DNA of 64,000 nucleotides, from positions 267,500 to 331,499 of the forward strand of contig NW_024055487.1 in NCBI RefSeq assembly GCF_902713615.1. Reading direction: 5' to 3'. This DNA is from Scyliorhinus canicula (lineage: Eukaryota). Below the pieces are notes generated by a model. That model was given only the letters and a program-made list of their open reading frames with translations, was not told the origin of the DNA and made no database searches. This document shows, piece by piece, positions 48,726 to 62,082 of this stretch. Every line of letters starts with the position of its first letter. Position 1 is the stretch's first letter. A program made the translations under genes and the position numbers.

Positions 48726-51700
48726 TGCAGAACGACAGGAACACCAGATGCACGGGAGCACCAGCAATTGGTTGTGCCCTTCCCTGCCACACACTATCCA
48801 CCCTAACTGGAAACTATACTGCCGTTCCTTCACTCTCGTTTGGTCAAAATCCTGGAACACTCTCCATCACAACACTGCGGGTGTACCTGCGCCATATGGA
48901 CTACAGTTATTCAAGAATTATTCAAGTCACCACTTTCTCAATGGGCAATTAAGCAGAGACAGCAAATGTTAGTCATACCACAGACTCTACAGTTCCTGAA
49001 TAAGATGATCATTAATATTCAGACTAATTGCCCCCTTTCCACTGCCCCAGTAAATAGGTCAAGGACTGGTGCAGCACTGAATAAAATAGAATAAAGCTCC
49101 ATCTGCATTGCGTCGTCTAACATTCCAAAGCTAGATACATCAGTGGTTAAAATGTACCCACATCTCCTCCAGTCTGTATTGAGTTTCTTCTTCTATCAAT
49201 TTAGAGTACCCAATTCTTCCTGTTTTCATGAAGGGGCAGTTTAGCGTCGCCAAACCAACTACTCTGAACAGCTTTGGGTTGTGGGGGTGAGGCACGCGCA
49301 GACATGGGGAGAATATGCAAAGTCCACACAGACAGTGACCCAGGGCTCGGATCGAATGCGGGTCCTCAGCCCTGGGAGGCGGCAGTGCTAAACACTGCAC
49401 CACCATGCCACCCTTGTCTGGTGTTGCTGAGTTGTTCATTATGACTGTCACAATCTGGGGTAAGGATCTCAGTTCAGAGGCGGCTTAACTAACATAAAGT
49501 CAAATTTTCGCAATCCTCACAGATACACGTTTTTGAAGAAATAAATCAAAGCACAGTCCCTGAAATACGAGACGATGAATTATTCACACTGCTTTATTCT
49601 AATTGATAAGTGGTCAACTTTAGACAACAACAATAACCTCTTTGAAATTAAACTGATATTTATTAAAAACTCCCTTTGCCTTGTAACTAATTCTGTCTGT
49701 CCGAACTGTGCAACATTTATATTGGCTGAAAACAATCACATCAAATATTCTTTTCCAATTAAGGGGCACTTTAACGTGTCCAATTCCCCTATCCTGCACA
49801 ATTTTGGAGCCGTGGATCTCCACCTAGACACAGGGTGCACGTGCAACTCCAAAGCGGAGCGACTCAGGGCGGAGATCGAATCGAGATTCACGGTGCTGTG
49901 AGGCAGCAATGCTGCCCACTGCACCACCATGCCATCCTGTTCCTATTGACGATAACAGATTGCATTCAGTTTAACGTCATTGATAAAGATTCGAAGATAT
50001 GAAAGAAACAAACAAAAGAGTAACCCGATTACCTGATTGACCTAATTTCTTAAGTAAATGTAACCACAAAATAATCGAGACAAAGCACATCATCGGCCTG
50101 AGCATAGAAATGTATTGCTTTCTAAATTAATTTTGGATACAATAAAAATTTCTCTAAAAGCTGAACTGTAGCATTTATGTTTGATTTGTTCGAACTGTCA
50201 TTGCATTGCACGTTGTTTTTAATTGCCAGTTAGCCTTGTTGGATGATTTGTACTCTATAATAAAAAAATGAAAAATTTATATAATTCAAAGCGAGATCTT
50301 GCCTGGAACTTTGCTTATAAATTGCGTTTAATTAAATGTCAAGCAATGCTAAACAATAAACCTCAAATAACCGGATGGAAACATTCAGACCAGGATATTT
50401 TAAATTAAATCTAATAACATTTAACATTTTACTTTTTGGTAATAATCGTCCTGTTTGAACCTGCAAAAATGTGAAATATGAATATTTCTGAACTCATGGA
50501 ATTCCATCTATTGACAGAGTCTAATTCGCACGATAAATCTATAAGCGTCTCGCTCTTTATATATACATAAATATATCTTACTTTCAGCTTGGATACATAA
50601 AGTATGTATATCTATCTATATATATATATAATGTGTGTGTGTATTTCTGACAATAATTTTGACAATCCAGACAACTGAATTATTAAAACTGCTGCTCAAT
50701 GAAAGGAGATCCAAAATTAATCTGTGTAAAACACAGTTAAAATTGTTCATTCAGATCCTCTCCAAAACTGAAACATAATAAGCAAATGGAGCAGAGATTT
50801 TGTTGTTTAATTTAATATTCAATATAAATAAGCTTGAGAATCAGATATAATCTTTTCTTTATTCTGTCATTTGTTTTTACTATAATTCTATACTGTGTAC
50901 AGCACAGTTATGCCAGACTGGCTGTTGTTAATTATTGCAAAGCTCATATTGGCATTTTCGGATTAAATTAATCTCTTTGAATTTCAAGCTGTTACTTGTC
51001 AATCTCCAGCCCTGCGCAGTCTGAACATTCCTACAATTTAAATAGAATCATTAGAAAAATGTCTTCACTGTCAGCGACTTCCAGATCACAGAAAACTGTT
51101 TATGATTAGATTAGCGACAATTATCTCACTATCCATCTACAAATGACATTGAAGGAATCATGAATCACAGTGAACAATATGGAATCATATTGTTGTGGCT
51201 GCACAGAAAGAATATAATAACCGGATACATAAATTGCCAAACTGAAATATAAAATTCCTATTTAAGTAACTGCAAACGTAATCAGGGATCTAAAAATTAA
51301 TCCAAAATCTCTTGTGCAACTGAACACCTGTGTAGAATCAGTATGTTATTGTTAAAATAGTTCCAGGCACAATTAGATTATATTTTCAGGCTAGAAAATG
51401 TTCCGGTCATGCAAATAGTGTGCAGCGTGCAGCAGAATTGTGAAAGGCGATTGCTGATTAATTATATTAATATGAAAACATCTTTGGATAATATGGGGTT
51501 ATATTACCACATTATAATAACTACTCTCCAATTTGAACAATTGTTAAATAAGAAGTATGAGCTTGCAGTAAATTGTTATGTTCTGAATGACGCAATCTTT
51601 TGGTTTAATCATCATAGAATTTACAGTGCAGAAGGAGGCCATTCGGCCCATCGAGTCTGCACCGGCTCCTGGAAAGAGCACCCTACCCAAGGTTAACACC

Positions 51701-51759
51701 TCCACCCTATCCCCATAACCCAGAAACCCCACCCAACACTAAGGGCAATTTATCATGTC

Positions 51760-52900
51760 CATAAGGTTTCCCATGGCAGGTTGATGGAAAAAGTGAAGTC
51801 GTATGGGGTTCAGGATGTACTAGCTAGATGGACAAAGAACTCGCTGGGCACCAGGAGACAGAGAGTAGTGATGGAAGGGAGTGTCTCAAAATGGAGAAGG
51901 GTGACTAGTGGTATTCCACAGGGATCCGTGCTCGGACCACTGATGTTTGTGATCTACATAAATGACCTGGAGGAAGGTATAGGTGGTCTGATTAGCAAGT
52001 TTTCAGATGATACTAATATTGGTGGAGTTGCAGATAGCGAGGAGGACTGTCAGAGAATACAACAAAATATAGATCGGAGAGTTGGGCAGAGAAATGGCAG
52101 ATGGAGTTCATCCAGGCAAATGCGAGGTGATGCATTTTGGAAGATCAAATTCAAGAGCGGACTATATGATCAATGGAAGGGTCTTGGGGAAAATTGATGT
52201 GCAGAGAGATCTGGGAGTTCAGGTCCATTGTACCCTGAAGGTGGCAACGCAGGTTGATAGAGTGGTCAAAAAGGCATACAGCATGCTTGCCTTCATCGGA
52301 CGGGGTATTGAGTACAAGAGTTGGCAGGTCATGTTACAGTTGTATAGGACTTTGGTTCGGCCACGTTTGGAATACTGCGTGCAGTTCTGGTCGCCACATT
52401 ACCAGAAGGATGTGGATGCCTTGGAAAGGGTGCAGAGGAGGTTCACCAGGATGTTGCCTGGTATGGAGGGTGCTAGCTATGAAGAAAGGTTGAGTAGATT
52501 AGGATTGTTTTCGTTGGAAAGATGGAGGTTGAGGGGGGACCTGATTGAGGTCTACAAAATTATGAGAGGTATGGACAGGGTGGATAGCAACAAGCTTTTC
52601 CCAAGAGTGGGGGTGTCAGTTACAAGGGGTCACGATTTCAAGGTGAGAGGGGGAAAGTTTAAGGGAGATGTGCGTGGAAAGTTTTTTACGCAGAGGGTGG
52701 TGGGTGCCTGGAACACTTTACCAGCGGAGGTGGTAGAGGCGGGTACGATAGCATCATTTAAGAAGCATCTAGACAGTTATATGAATGGGCGGGAACAGAG
52801 GGAAGTAGGCCTTGGAAAATAGGAGACAGGTTTAGATAAAGGATCTGGATCGGCGCAGGCTGGGAGGGCCGAAGGGCCTGTACCTGTGCTGTAATTTTCT
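51760..52900 (+). mobile_element. CR1 RT 3' part
   Basis: ORFs 51781..52197 and 52082..52822. Confidence 0.9.
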
Positions 52901-55115
52901 TTGTTCTTTGTTCTTTGTTCTAATCCACGTAACCTGCACATCTTTGGACTTGCAGAGGAAACTGGAGCACCCGGAGGAAACCCACGCACACACGGGGAGG
53001 ATGTGCAGACTCCGCACAGTCAGTGACCCAAACCGGAATCGAATCTGGGACCCTGGAGCTGTGAAGCGATTGTGCTATCCACAATGCTACCGTGTAATCA
53101 TCAGTTAATAAAATACTAATATACCTTTATTCCATTCTGAATTTCCAACGCCTGCTTGTTTTCTACCTGTAATCGTGTTTCAAGCAGATTTAAACACGTA
53201 GACCGTTGGCATTTAACCACAAATCATGTAACCGCTTAATATCACTGAGTATAAACAATGCAGAGACTCCAAACCTCTTCACAAATTGTACTTAATCAAA
53301 GTCACCCAGACACACATTATCCTCAGCAGTTAAACATCAAACTCATCATCGAGGAGTCGAACCCCGTTTCATGGAGAAGCAGGTCAATTCTACATTGAAC
53401 AGAATAAAACTTAACATTTCAAAAACATCTCAACATCGAGTCCAGCTCGCCACCAAATGTATCAATTTTCAAACTAAATAAAAATCTGTAATAACAGCAA
53501 TATAATTGTGAGGAGCTGCAATGTGTCCAAAACAAATATTGAAAGTTTACCGCGTTTTATTCATATTGGACCATATTTTAAACATATTTAAACACTTAAT
53601 ATTTGCAGTAGCTGTAACCATCAATCTCACCTAGACGAAACATTGCAGAAGCCACAGGCTGCGATTGCAGTAATAATTTATGTTCAGAAAGAACGCCTTG
53701 AACCCTGCCTTAGTTTAATGTCCAAACTGCTCTAAAATCCTGCTTTTTTTCTGCCGACAATCATGCATCAAGCAACTTCAAACATTCCATTCAAAAACAT
53801 GGAACTGCTCAATGTCACCGAGTTTGAACAATGCAGAAACAATGCAGAAACGGCAAACCGTTTCAAACATCTTATTTATTCAAAGTCACCCAGATACAAT
53901 CTATTCGTCAGAAAACCACCAAATCACATCACCAAAGGCCTGGGACTCGTTTCATGGAGAAGCAGCTCAATTCAAAACACTTCCAACAAAATCAAACATA
54001 ACGTTTTAAGAAATTATCAATCCAGAAGCCACCAAATCCACCTGTCATCAAATGAATGAATAATTAAACAGAAACTTAGAAGAATATCATCAGCATTGTG
54101 AATACGCAGAACATGTTCAATAAAGTAACACATAAACCTCAGCATATTTTGTTGGGTTCGATTTCTAACACTTGTGCAGGAGGTGGTAAAACTTGCAGCC
54201 ACCAGATGTCACCGAGATTAAACATTGCAGAAACGCTGCGTTGGGTATTTAAAATAACCCGGCCACACAGTACCCTCAGCAAATAAACACTAAATCACAG
54301 CAACCGGGGGCAGCACGGTGGCGCAGTGGTCAGCCCTGTTGCCTCACAGTGCCGAGGTCCTAGGTTCGATCCCGGCTCTGGGTGATCGTCCGCGTGGAGC
54401 TTGCACATTCTCCCCATGTTTGCGTGGGTTTCACCCCCAGAACCCAAAGATGTGCACATAGGTGGATTGGTCATACTGAATTGCCCCTTAATTGGAAATA
54501 AATGAATTGGATACTCTAAAACATTTTTTTAAAATCACAACAACCATGGACTGAATCCCTGAGCAGCGACTTTTGTCAAGAGGCAGAGTAATTCTATAAC
54601 CTTTTTCATCAGAATCGCATGAAACATTGCGACAAAATCCCAATACAGAATCACCAAACCCACGATTCAGTGAACGAATTAATTGTTTTTTTAAATTTAG
54701 AGTACCCAATTGTTTTTCCAAACAAGCAGCATTTTACTATGGCCAATCCATTTAGCCTGCACATCGTTTGGTTGTGGGACTGAGACCCACGCAGACACGG
54801 CGAGAATGTGTAAACTCTTGCGTGGGTTTCGCCCCCACAACACAACCATATGCACACTGGGTGGATTGGCCACGCTAAATTGCCCCTTAATTGGAAAAAA
54901 TCAATTGGGTACTCTAAATTTACTTTTAAAAAAGAGAATGTGTAAACTCCACACAGACAGTGACCTGGGGCGGGGTTTCAATCTCGGACATCTGCGCCCT
55001 GAGATATCCGCTAACAACTGCGCAACCGTGTTGCCCTGAATAAATTGTGAATATACAAAAAAGTACAAAACTACGACTGAAATAAAACAGTTGGAAATAA
55101 TTGACTGGTGCTTAC

Positions 55116-55475
55116 CTGCAGGCACCGTCACCATGGTCCCCTGTCCCCAGTAGTCCATCCCACCCACTATGTCCACTGTACAATAATAGATGGCGGTATC
55201 TTCGGCCTTCAGGTTCGTCATGGCCAAAGATAAGATATTGTTCGAAGTGTCTGTGGAAGCAGTGAATCGATCTTGAATTCCTGCGGCGTAGCCATTGCTG
55301 GAAGAAGTGTCGTACCAAAGCAGCCACTCCAGCCCCTGTCCGGGAACCTGTCGGATCCAATGCATGGTGTCGCTGCCAAGGCTGAAGCCGCTGGTTTTAC
55401 ACGTCAGTGTCAGGGAGCCTCCGGGACGCCCGGTCTCTGCCTCTGGCTGAGTCAACACAACATCCGACTGGACAC
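55116..55475 (-). CDS. IGHM: Joined, in-frame VH-D-JH exon of IgM
   Basis: [25 protein letters not shown]...[16 protein letters not shown]...[29 protein letters not shown]; 360 nt, acceptor tacag, donor gtaag; no RSS or intervening DNA between V and J. Confidence 0.95.
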
Positions 55476-55601
55476 CTGTAAAAATATATCAAAAAGCCCG
55501 AGGATTAATGCTGGTGAAATGATTGGTGACTCTGGAACATTCCATAGAGACTAACACTGAGACAGTAACAGTGAGAGACTTGGACAATAAAAACTACTCA
55601 C

Positions 55602-55647
55602 GGGATAAGAAAGTCAGCAACAAACTGAGAGAAATGGCCCACCTCAT
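55602..55647 (-). CDS. IGHM: IgM VH leader exon
   Basis: MRWAISLSLLLTFLS plus C, donor gtgagt; phase 1 joins in frame to the V exon. Confidence 0.92.
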
Positions 55648-55738
55648 CCTTCTGGTAATTTGGGGGAAATGGTTGTGTCAGGAACTCAGTGAACAAACCA
55701 GCTCCCGGACTGTTGGATTCGGGTCCCAGTGAGCGGCA

Positions 55739-55810
55739 TTTAAATACCCGGCAGAAGGGGGCGGCTTTCCAGGCGCCGCCTGTTGATTCCCTGGTGGAGG
55801 CGGCGCCTGG
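55739..55810 (-). promoter_or_regulatory. Putative VH promoter: TATA-like box, GC box, 13-bp perfect inverted repeat
   Basis: TATTTAAA (minus, 55739-55746) about 92 bp upstream of the ATG; ggggcgg at 55757; ccaggcgccgcct (55769-55781) pairs with aggcggcgcctgg (55798-55810). Confidence 0.55.
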
Positions 55811-58599
55811 ATCCACATCCCACCTTCCACACCCCCAACAGAATGGACTCAGAGATTTTTTACAGATTATTGTTAAAAGTTAGCATTTATCTGTATTGAG
55901 GCATTTATTTGTCTGAATGGATAATTTGGAATGTCTGCATTGGTTCTAATGGTGAAATTACATTTGAGCATCTGTTAATATAATAGAATAATCTTTTTTG
56001 TCACAAGTAGGCTTACATTAACACTGCAATGAAGTTACTGTGAAAAAACGAATTCCATTGTAAGCTAAGTCCCTTTTTTTCTACTGTTCAACATAATTGG
56101 ATGAACAGAAATAAATTCAACTATATTAACAGTGAATAAGTCGACTGTTCGTCTGATTTGAAACACGGCGAGTTTTTAATCCGTGACAGCAATAAAGTAT
56201 AATTCATCAGTGGAATTTTTTTTTCGATTTCTGTAACCAAATGCGGGAGATGAACAAAGTGATTCTCTTGCAGTGTAGGTGGCTATCCGTGTACAATGTG
56301 GGTCTGTAGAAACGAAAAAATGTCACATTATGCAATATCACTCCTGGAACTTCTCAACCTCCCCCTGAGCCTAGGACACTGAACATTCGCGGTAAAAGAA
56401 GCCGCTTGCCTGATAATGAAGCAGTAAATTGACCGAGAAACATAAAATTCACATGAAGTTTTGACAGAGAAAGGACGGCAGTGGTTTGCCCAGCTGCCTC
56501 ACGGCGCCGAGGATCCGGGATTGACTCCCGTCCCGGGTAACCGTCCGTCAGTAGTTTGCACATTCTCCTGTGTGTCTCACCCTCACAACCTTAAGATGTG
56601 CAGCGTAGGTGGATTGGCCGCACTAAAGTGCCCCTTAAGTTGAAAAATAACTTTCAACTCAAAAATAAATTTAAAACCTTTTGACAGAGAAGTTAATGAA
56701 TCAGAAAGGACACGGCGACCAGCAAAGTTATCCTTCAGCATCCAAATCATTGCAGCTAATTTTACTGACCACCGGCTATCTAACATTCACTGGTGTTGGG
56801 AACACAGGATATCAGGACTTTGCGGCATATTACACAATATCACAGGAATAAATGTTTTATTCTCCACTGAAGCAGGAACCAGGTCATAAACTGGTCATTT
56901 CTCTGAGCGGGACTGTCAAATAAAGGAAATCAGCACAAATTAGAACATAGATTGCAGAAGGAGGCCATTCGGCCCATCGAGTCCGCACCGACCCATTTAA
57001 GCCATCACTTGCACCCTATCCCTGCAACCCAAAAATCCCTCCCGAAGCTTTTTGTTGATTAGGGGGAATTTAGCAGGCAAAACCACCTAACCTGCACGTC
57101 TTTGGACTGTGGGAAGAAACCGGAGGAAACCCATGCAGACACGTGCAGACTCTGCACAGTGACCCAACAGGGAATCGAACCTGGGACCCTGTGAAGCCAC
57201 AGGGCTAATCACTTGTATTACCGTGCCGCCAAATTAAACTGTACAGAGCGGGGAGTTCATCAGGTATAAGAGACGCGTCCACTTAAATGACTCGGAGAAT
57301 ATTCCAGGAATTCCCGCGGGTTCAAGGCAGATTCATGATTTTCTTTTTATTTAATTAAGTTTCTTTGTAATTACAATCAAATGATTAGGCTTGTGGATTG
57401 GGTCCATCAATACCACTCACTCTCACTTCATTAGGTTCTTAACAAACGGACTTCAATAACTAGAGTGACCTTTACTCAGAACTAATATAAATGGAATAGC
57501 ATCTGATCAGTTCACTATTTTCCGATCATGTTTAATCTCAGAGTGAACAGAACATTAACTGAAAATATGTATTTCGATGCAACACAATTTAAAACGTTTA
57601 CTTAACGTGCGATTGAAACATTTAATGTTCGAATTGCTTAATGCCATCGTGTCCATTCATATTCAGGCTAATCTGTCCCACACAGTATTTGGCAGCAATC
57701 CAGCCGCCTGCTGTCAGGGAGGCTCGAATGTTCAATGTTGTTTACAGGAAACATCTGGATTTTCTTTCAAAGATCTGTTTTCTCAGTACTGACCGCTTGG
57801 CTGCAAGTCAACTTGTCAATGAGGACTATTTATAAACAAATCTACCCAGCAACAATACTGGAGATAATTTTAGGTTTTAGAGCCTATTTGAACTGCTCCC
57901 ATCACAAAGGAAAGGAGAGGTATCCAGCTTCTCTGACCCGTCTTAGCAACAATAGCCGGCTGGAGGATCCCTCTCACGTCTCATAATATGAACATAGAAC
58001 ATACAGTGCAGAAGGAGGCGATTCGGCCCATCGAGTGTGTACCGACCCACTTAAGTCCATGCTAACACATATTAACATGAAAACAGAAATATTGTGAAAC
58101 TCAGAGGCCATCTGCAAATGTTGAATTACTTCCCAAACAGTGTAACTTATAGCCCATTAAAGATATTACATTTACATTAGGTATAGCTAACTTTAAAAAT
58201 CAGTGCAAAATCCAGTTACAGATCTGATGTTTCTGTGTGACGATGATGCAATTACTTGTCAATATCGCTCAGAGACTGCTGGGTGGCTGCTCATTATCCT
58301 TGCTCTGGTTTAATTCTATTCACATTGAATTATGGGACAGATGTGATTCCTTACTGGCAGAATGGTCAATGCTATCTTAATAAAGATCAATCTCAATAAA
58401 TTATATTAAATTAATTGCAATTACATTTTGCATGAAATAAAATGCTGAAAATAATTGGTGAATACAACAGTTTATGTTTGTCGACGATAATTGGTGAATA
58501 TATTTTTAAATTTTTGTTGGTTGATGATAATTGAATATAATTATTTAACTTCGTGAATTGTTTCAATTGATAATATTCACGCTACAGAAGGGCCAGGCA

Positions 58600-59300
58600 A
58601 TGCCCATCTCCAGCAAAATGGAATGTAACCATTGCCCCATGACATTTAGTGATATTGCCATTGCTGAATCCCTCGCTATCCAAACGCTGTCGTTATCATT
58701 GACCAGAAAATGAACTGCTCTGGCCATCTAAATGCTCAGGCTACAAGAGCCGGTCGGGACTCGGAAACGTGCGGTGAATAACTCCCCTCTGCTTTCCTTG
58801 TTCACGAATTGCAAGTCAGGAGTGTAACTGAATAACCTCTACTTGACTGGCTGGGTGCAGCTTGAACAACTTCCGAGAAGCTTAACATCATCCAGGCCAA
58901 AGCTTGATCGTCACCCCCCGTGCAAATATTCAATCCACCCATCACCAACGAAAAATGGCTACACTGCATTAATTGCAAGATGCACTCCAGGAACGTAACA
59001 AGGCTCCTTTTGAAACACCTTCTACACACAGGACCATTATATTGTCGAAGAAAAAGCCAGCTGACAGATGGGAATCGGCACCTGGAAAACTCCCGGACCC
59101 TAAAATCGCTCACTATCCCGACTTGGAGGCGTATCGTAATTTCTTTAATTTCACTGGTTCAAATGTATAGAAACTACTCCCTAATAGTACTGTCAGCACC
59201 TCTAAACCTGGGGGTCTGGAGAGTTTCACACAGGCAGCACACCACCACGTTCTCAGGGGCAATTGTGATACGCAATAAATTACAACCTCGCCTGAGACGC
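58600..59300 (+). mobile_element. Degenerate LINE 3' fragment, non-CR1
   Basis: Decayed RT C-terminal-like sequence; related pieces near 48160-48420. Confidence 0.4.
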
Positions 59301-59959
59301 CCACATCGTTTAACACAATTTAAATCTGTGTCAAACTGTATCAATGGATGCGAATTGGTGAATATAATTATTTATATTCGTGAATGGACGAGAATTGGTG
59401 TATGTGATTACAATATTTCTGAACATTTGTGGCCTGCTCCTTCTCTGCCAGAAAGTATGATCCATTCCACAGGAGACACATGATGCAAAGACATCACCAC
59501 TATCTGTAAACACCTGCAGACATATCTCACTCATAGCATCACTGATAGCATCACTGGGAAGGCCATTGCTAGGTTCACACTTTGAATACTTCATCTTCTT
59601 TCAGACCGAATGTAACCAAAAGCAAGATGTGGTGTTTCTGTCGGAAGAATTACCCTGGACATGATCTGCCTCCTCTGACACATGTATACCTCGCCACCTT
59701 ACTTTCATAAATCTCACTAATACATTCGATGCTGTAAACAGAGCCGGGACTACAAGATTTTGGGAAAAATTGGTTGCCCATCAAAGTTCCCCAGGCCATT
59801 CACGCCTTCCGTGACAACATGTGCTGCACTGTACAGATTGATGATTCTACTTCTGACAGATTGTAAGTGAAGAATTGAGTGAACAGGACCATGTTCGAGA
59901 TTAAACTCTATTCGACATCATCTTCTCCATGCTACTGATCTTCACCGTCCCTGGTGATA

Positions 59960-62082
59960 TAGCTGGAATGCACAGGCCCGCTACGTGAGACCACAAGCTG
60001 TACAATCTTTCAAGTTGAAGGATAAAGTCGCCGACTGGGAGAACCGATCGCGTCGGCAAAACCTGAGAATCGCGGGGCTGCCGCAGGGAATGGAGGGGAG
60101 AAACTGCACAACATCTGCAGCCTCGATGCTCGGGAAACTGATCGGCGAGGAGGACTTCGCCAAACCCCCGGGAGTAGACCGCACCCACATGTCGCTTTTT
60201 TCCATGGCTGCGAAACCACTGTGGGCGATAATCGTGAGGCTCCACAGGTACCAGGACTAGGCGCGGATCCTGAGGTGGGTGAAGAGTGCGAGAGGGGGCA
60301 AGTGGGACGGACATTCCATTCGCCTGCACCAGGACATTGCTGCTCACTTGGGCAGAATGGAACGGCGTAAAGCCACCCTGTTCGAAGGTGGGGTGCAGCT
60401 TGGTGTCCCCCATCCTGCAAGTTGTGGGTGACATTCCAGGGTAAAGAACACTACATTGACACCCCGGAGGAAGCCAGTCCAGACAAATGGACTGGACAAC
60501 CAACGATAGAGGTCAATGGCCAGAACGCGGGTGGAAAGACATCGAGAGAGGCAGGGCGAACACAGGCAGAGGCGGGGAGAGAGGGGGAGGGGAGAGAGGC
60601 AGACGGAGATTAAATAGAGGAACCCAACTCTTAGGAGAGCCGTTACACTGGCGAGCAAGCTGAAGTACCGAGGTACAGGGAAGGAGGAGGCCTCGGGGCG
60701 CCGCCCGAGAGGGAGGGAGCTCTTGGTATGAAAAACAGAACTTCGGGGGAATCAACGAACAAAAGGGGGGTGGTCGAGGAGGGGGTAAAGCCAAACGGGA
60801 GGGGGACTAGGAGCGGATAACAGATGGGTAGGCCGTACAGTGGGTGAAGCAGAGCGGGTAGGGGGTTAGAGTGGGGAGGGGAGGTCGCTGGTTGCAGCTG
60901 ACAACATGTGGAGATGGCGCAAATAAGGAAGTCGTGGGCGGTCATCTTGAATGGCCCGTGAGCAAGCGCAGGCCGGGACGAACAGGGCCAGGCCCACAGG
61001 GTAAGTATGGTTGACCCCACAGGAAGTGGTGGCAGGCCCAGGCCATCCACCAATCTGGATAGTAACATGGAATGTGAGGGCCCTCGAGGGGCCGGTGAAG
61101 AGGTACAGTGTCCTCGCCGATTTCTAGAGTCTGAGGGTGGACGTAGCCTTCCTGCAAGAGACACAATTAAGACTGTGGGTAAGGACGGGCTGGGTGGGAC
61201 AGACGTTTCACTCATGTTTCGGCATTCGGACAAGGGTGGAGGGGGTGCATACTAATCAACAGGACAATTTCATTTATGGTGATGAGCACCGTGAGGGACC
61301 CGATGGTAGAGGGGGGTTGGGGTGAAAGGTTATGGGGAGCCTGACCATGGAAGGGACTCTGGTTGTCTTGGTAATCATATATGCCCAGAACTGGGACGAT
61401 GCAGATTTCGTCAAGAAAGCAATGAGCGAATTCCCGAACCTAGACACCCAGTGACATATCGCACAGGCGGACTTTAACTGTGTACAGGACCCGACAATGC
61501 ACAGATCCAACCCCAGGGCAGGAACCGTGCCAGGCATGGCACCAGAATTGAACCCATTAATGGAGCAGATGGGGGAGAGGGGCGACCCCCAGGGTTACAA
61601 TCACCCGAGAGTAAAATAATCAATCTTCTCCCATGAGCACAAAGCCTACTCACGTGCGGACTTCTTTGTCGCAGGGGTAAAATGTGGGAATACTCCACGA
61701 TTCTAATCTCCGACCACACGCCACGAGGCTCGAGAAGGGTCCTGATGCTAGAGATGGGCAGGGCCCAAAGCCCCCTATGGAGGCTGGACGCAGCTCCCTT
61801 GCCCGATAAGGAATTCTGTACAACGGTACCCAAGCCATCGACGGTTATGTAACCTTTAACCAGAACGGGGAGGTCTCACCTTCCACGTTCTGGTAGGCGC
61901 TGAAGGCGGTGGTCACAGGCGAAATCATAGCTCATGGGGCCCTTCGGGTCAGGAAATACATGTCAGCCAAGCAGCGGCTGATTGACCCCATGCTGGGTGT
62001 TGATCGGCAGCGGATAACCGTGGAACTGCTGGTGGACAGTGAAAAGCTGCAGATAGAATTTGATCTGCTCTCCAGAAGGAAT
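59960..62082 (+). mobile_element. Degenerate L1-like LINE (ORF1 plus ORF2 endonuclease)
   Basis: ORF1-like ENRSRRQNLRIAGLPQGMEG...IIVRLHRYQD; endonuclease-like TWNVR, DVAFLQETQL. Confidence 0.8.

Noticed and set aside
54901-55115. C-terminal extension of ORF 54901..55458
   Set aside because: Read-through past the JH splice donor into intron and SINE sequence
55116-55647. Processed (retrotransposed) Ig cDNA as the origin of the joined VDJ
   Set aside because: The leader intron and all constant-region introns are present
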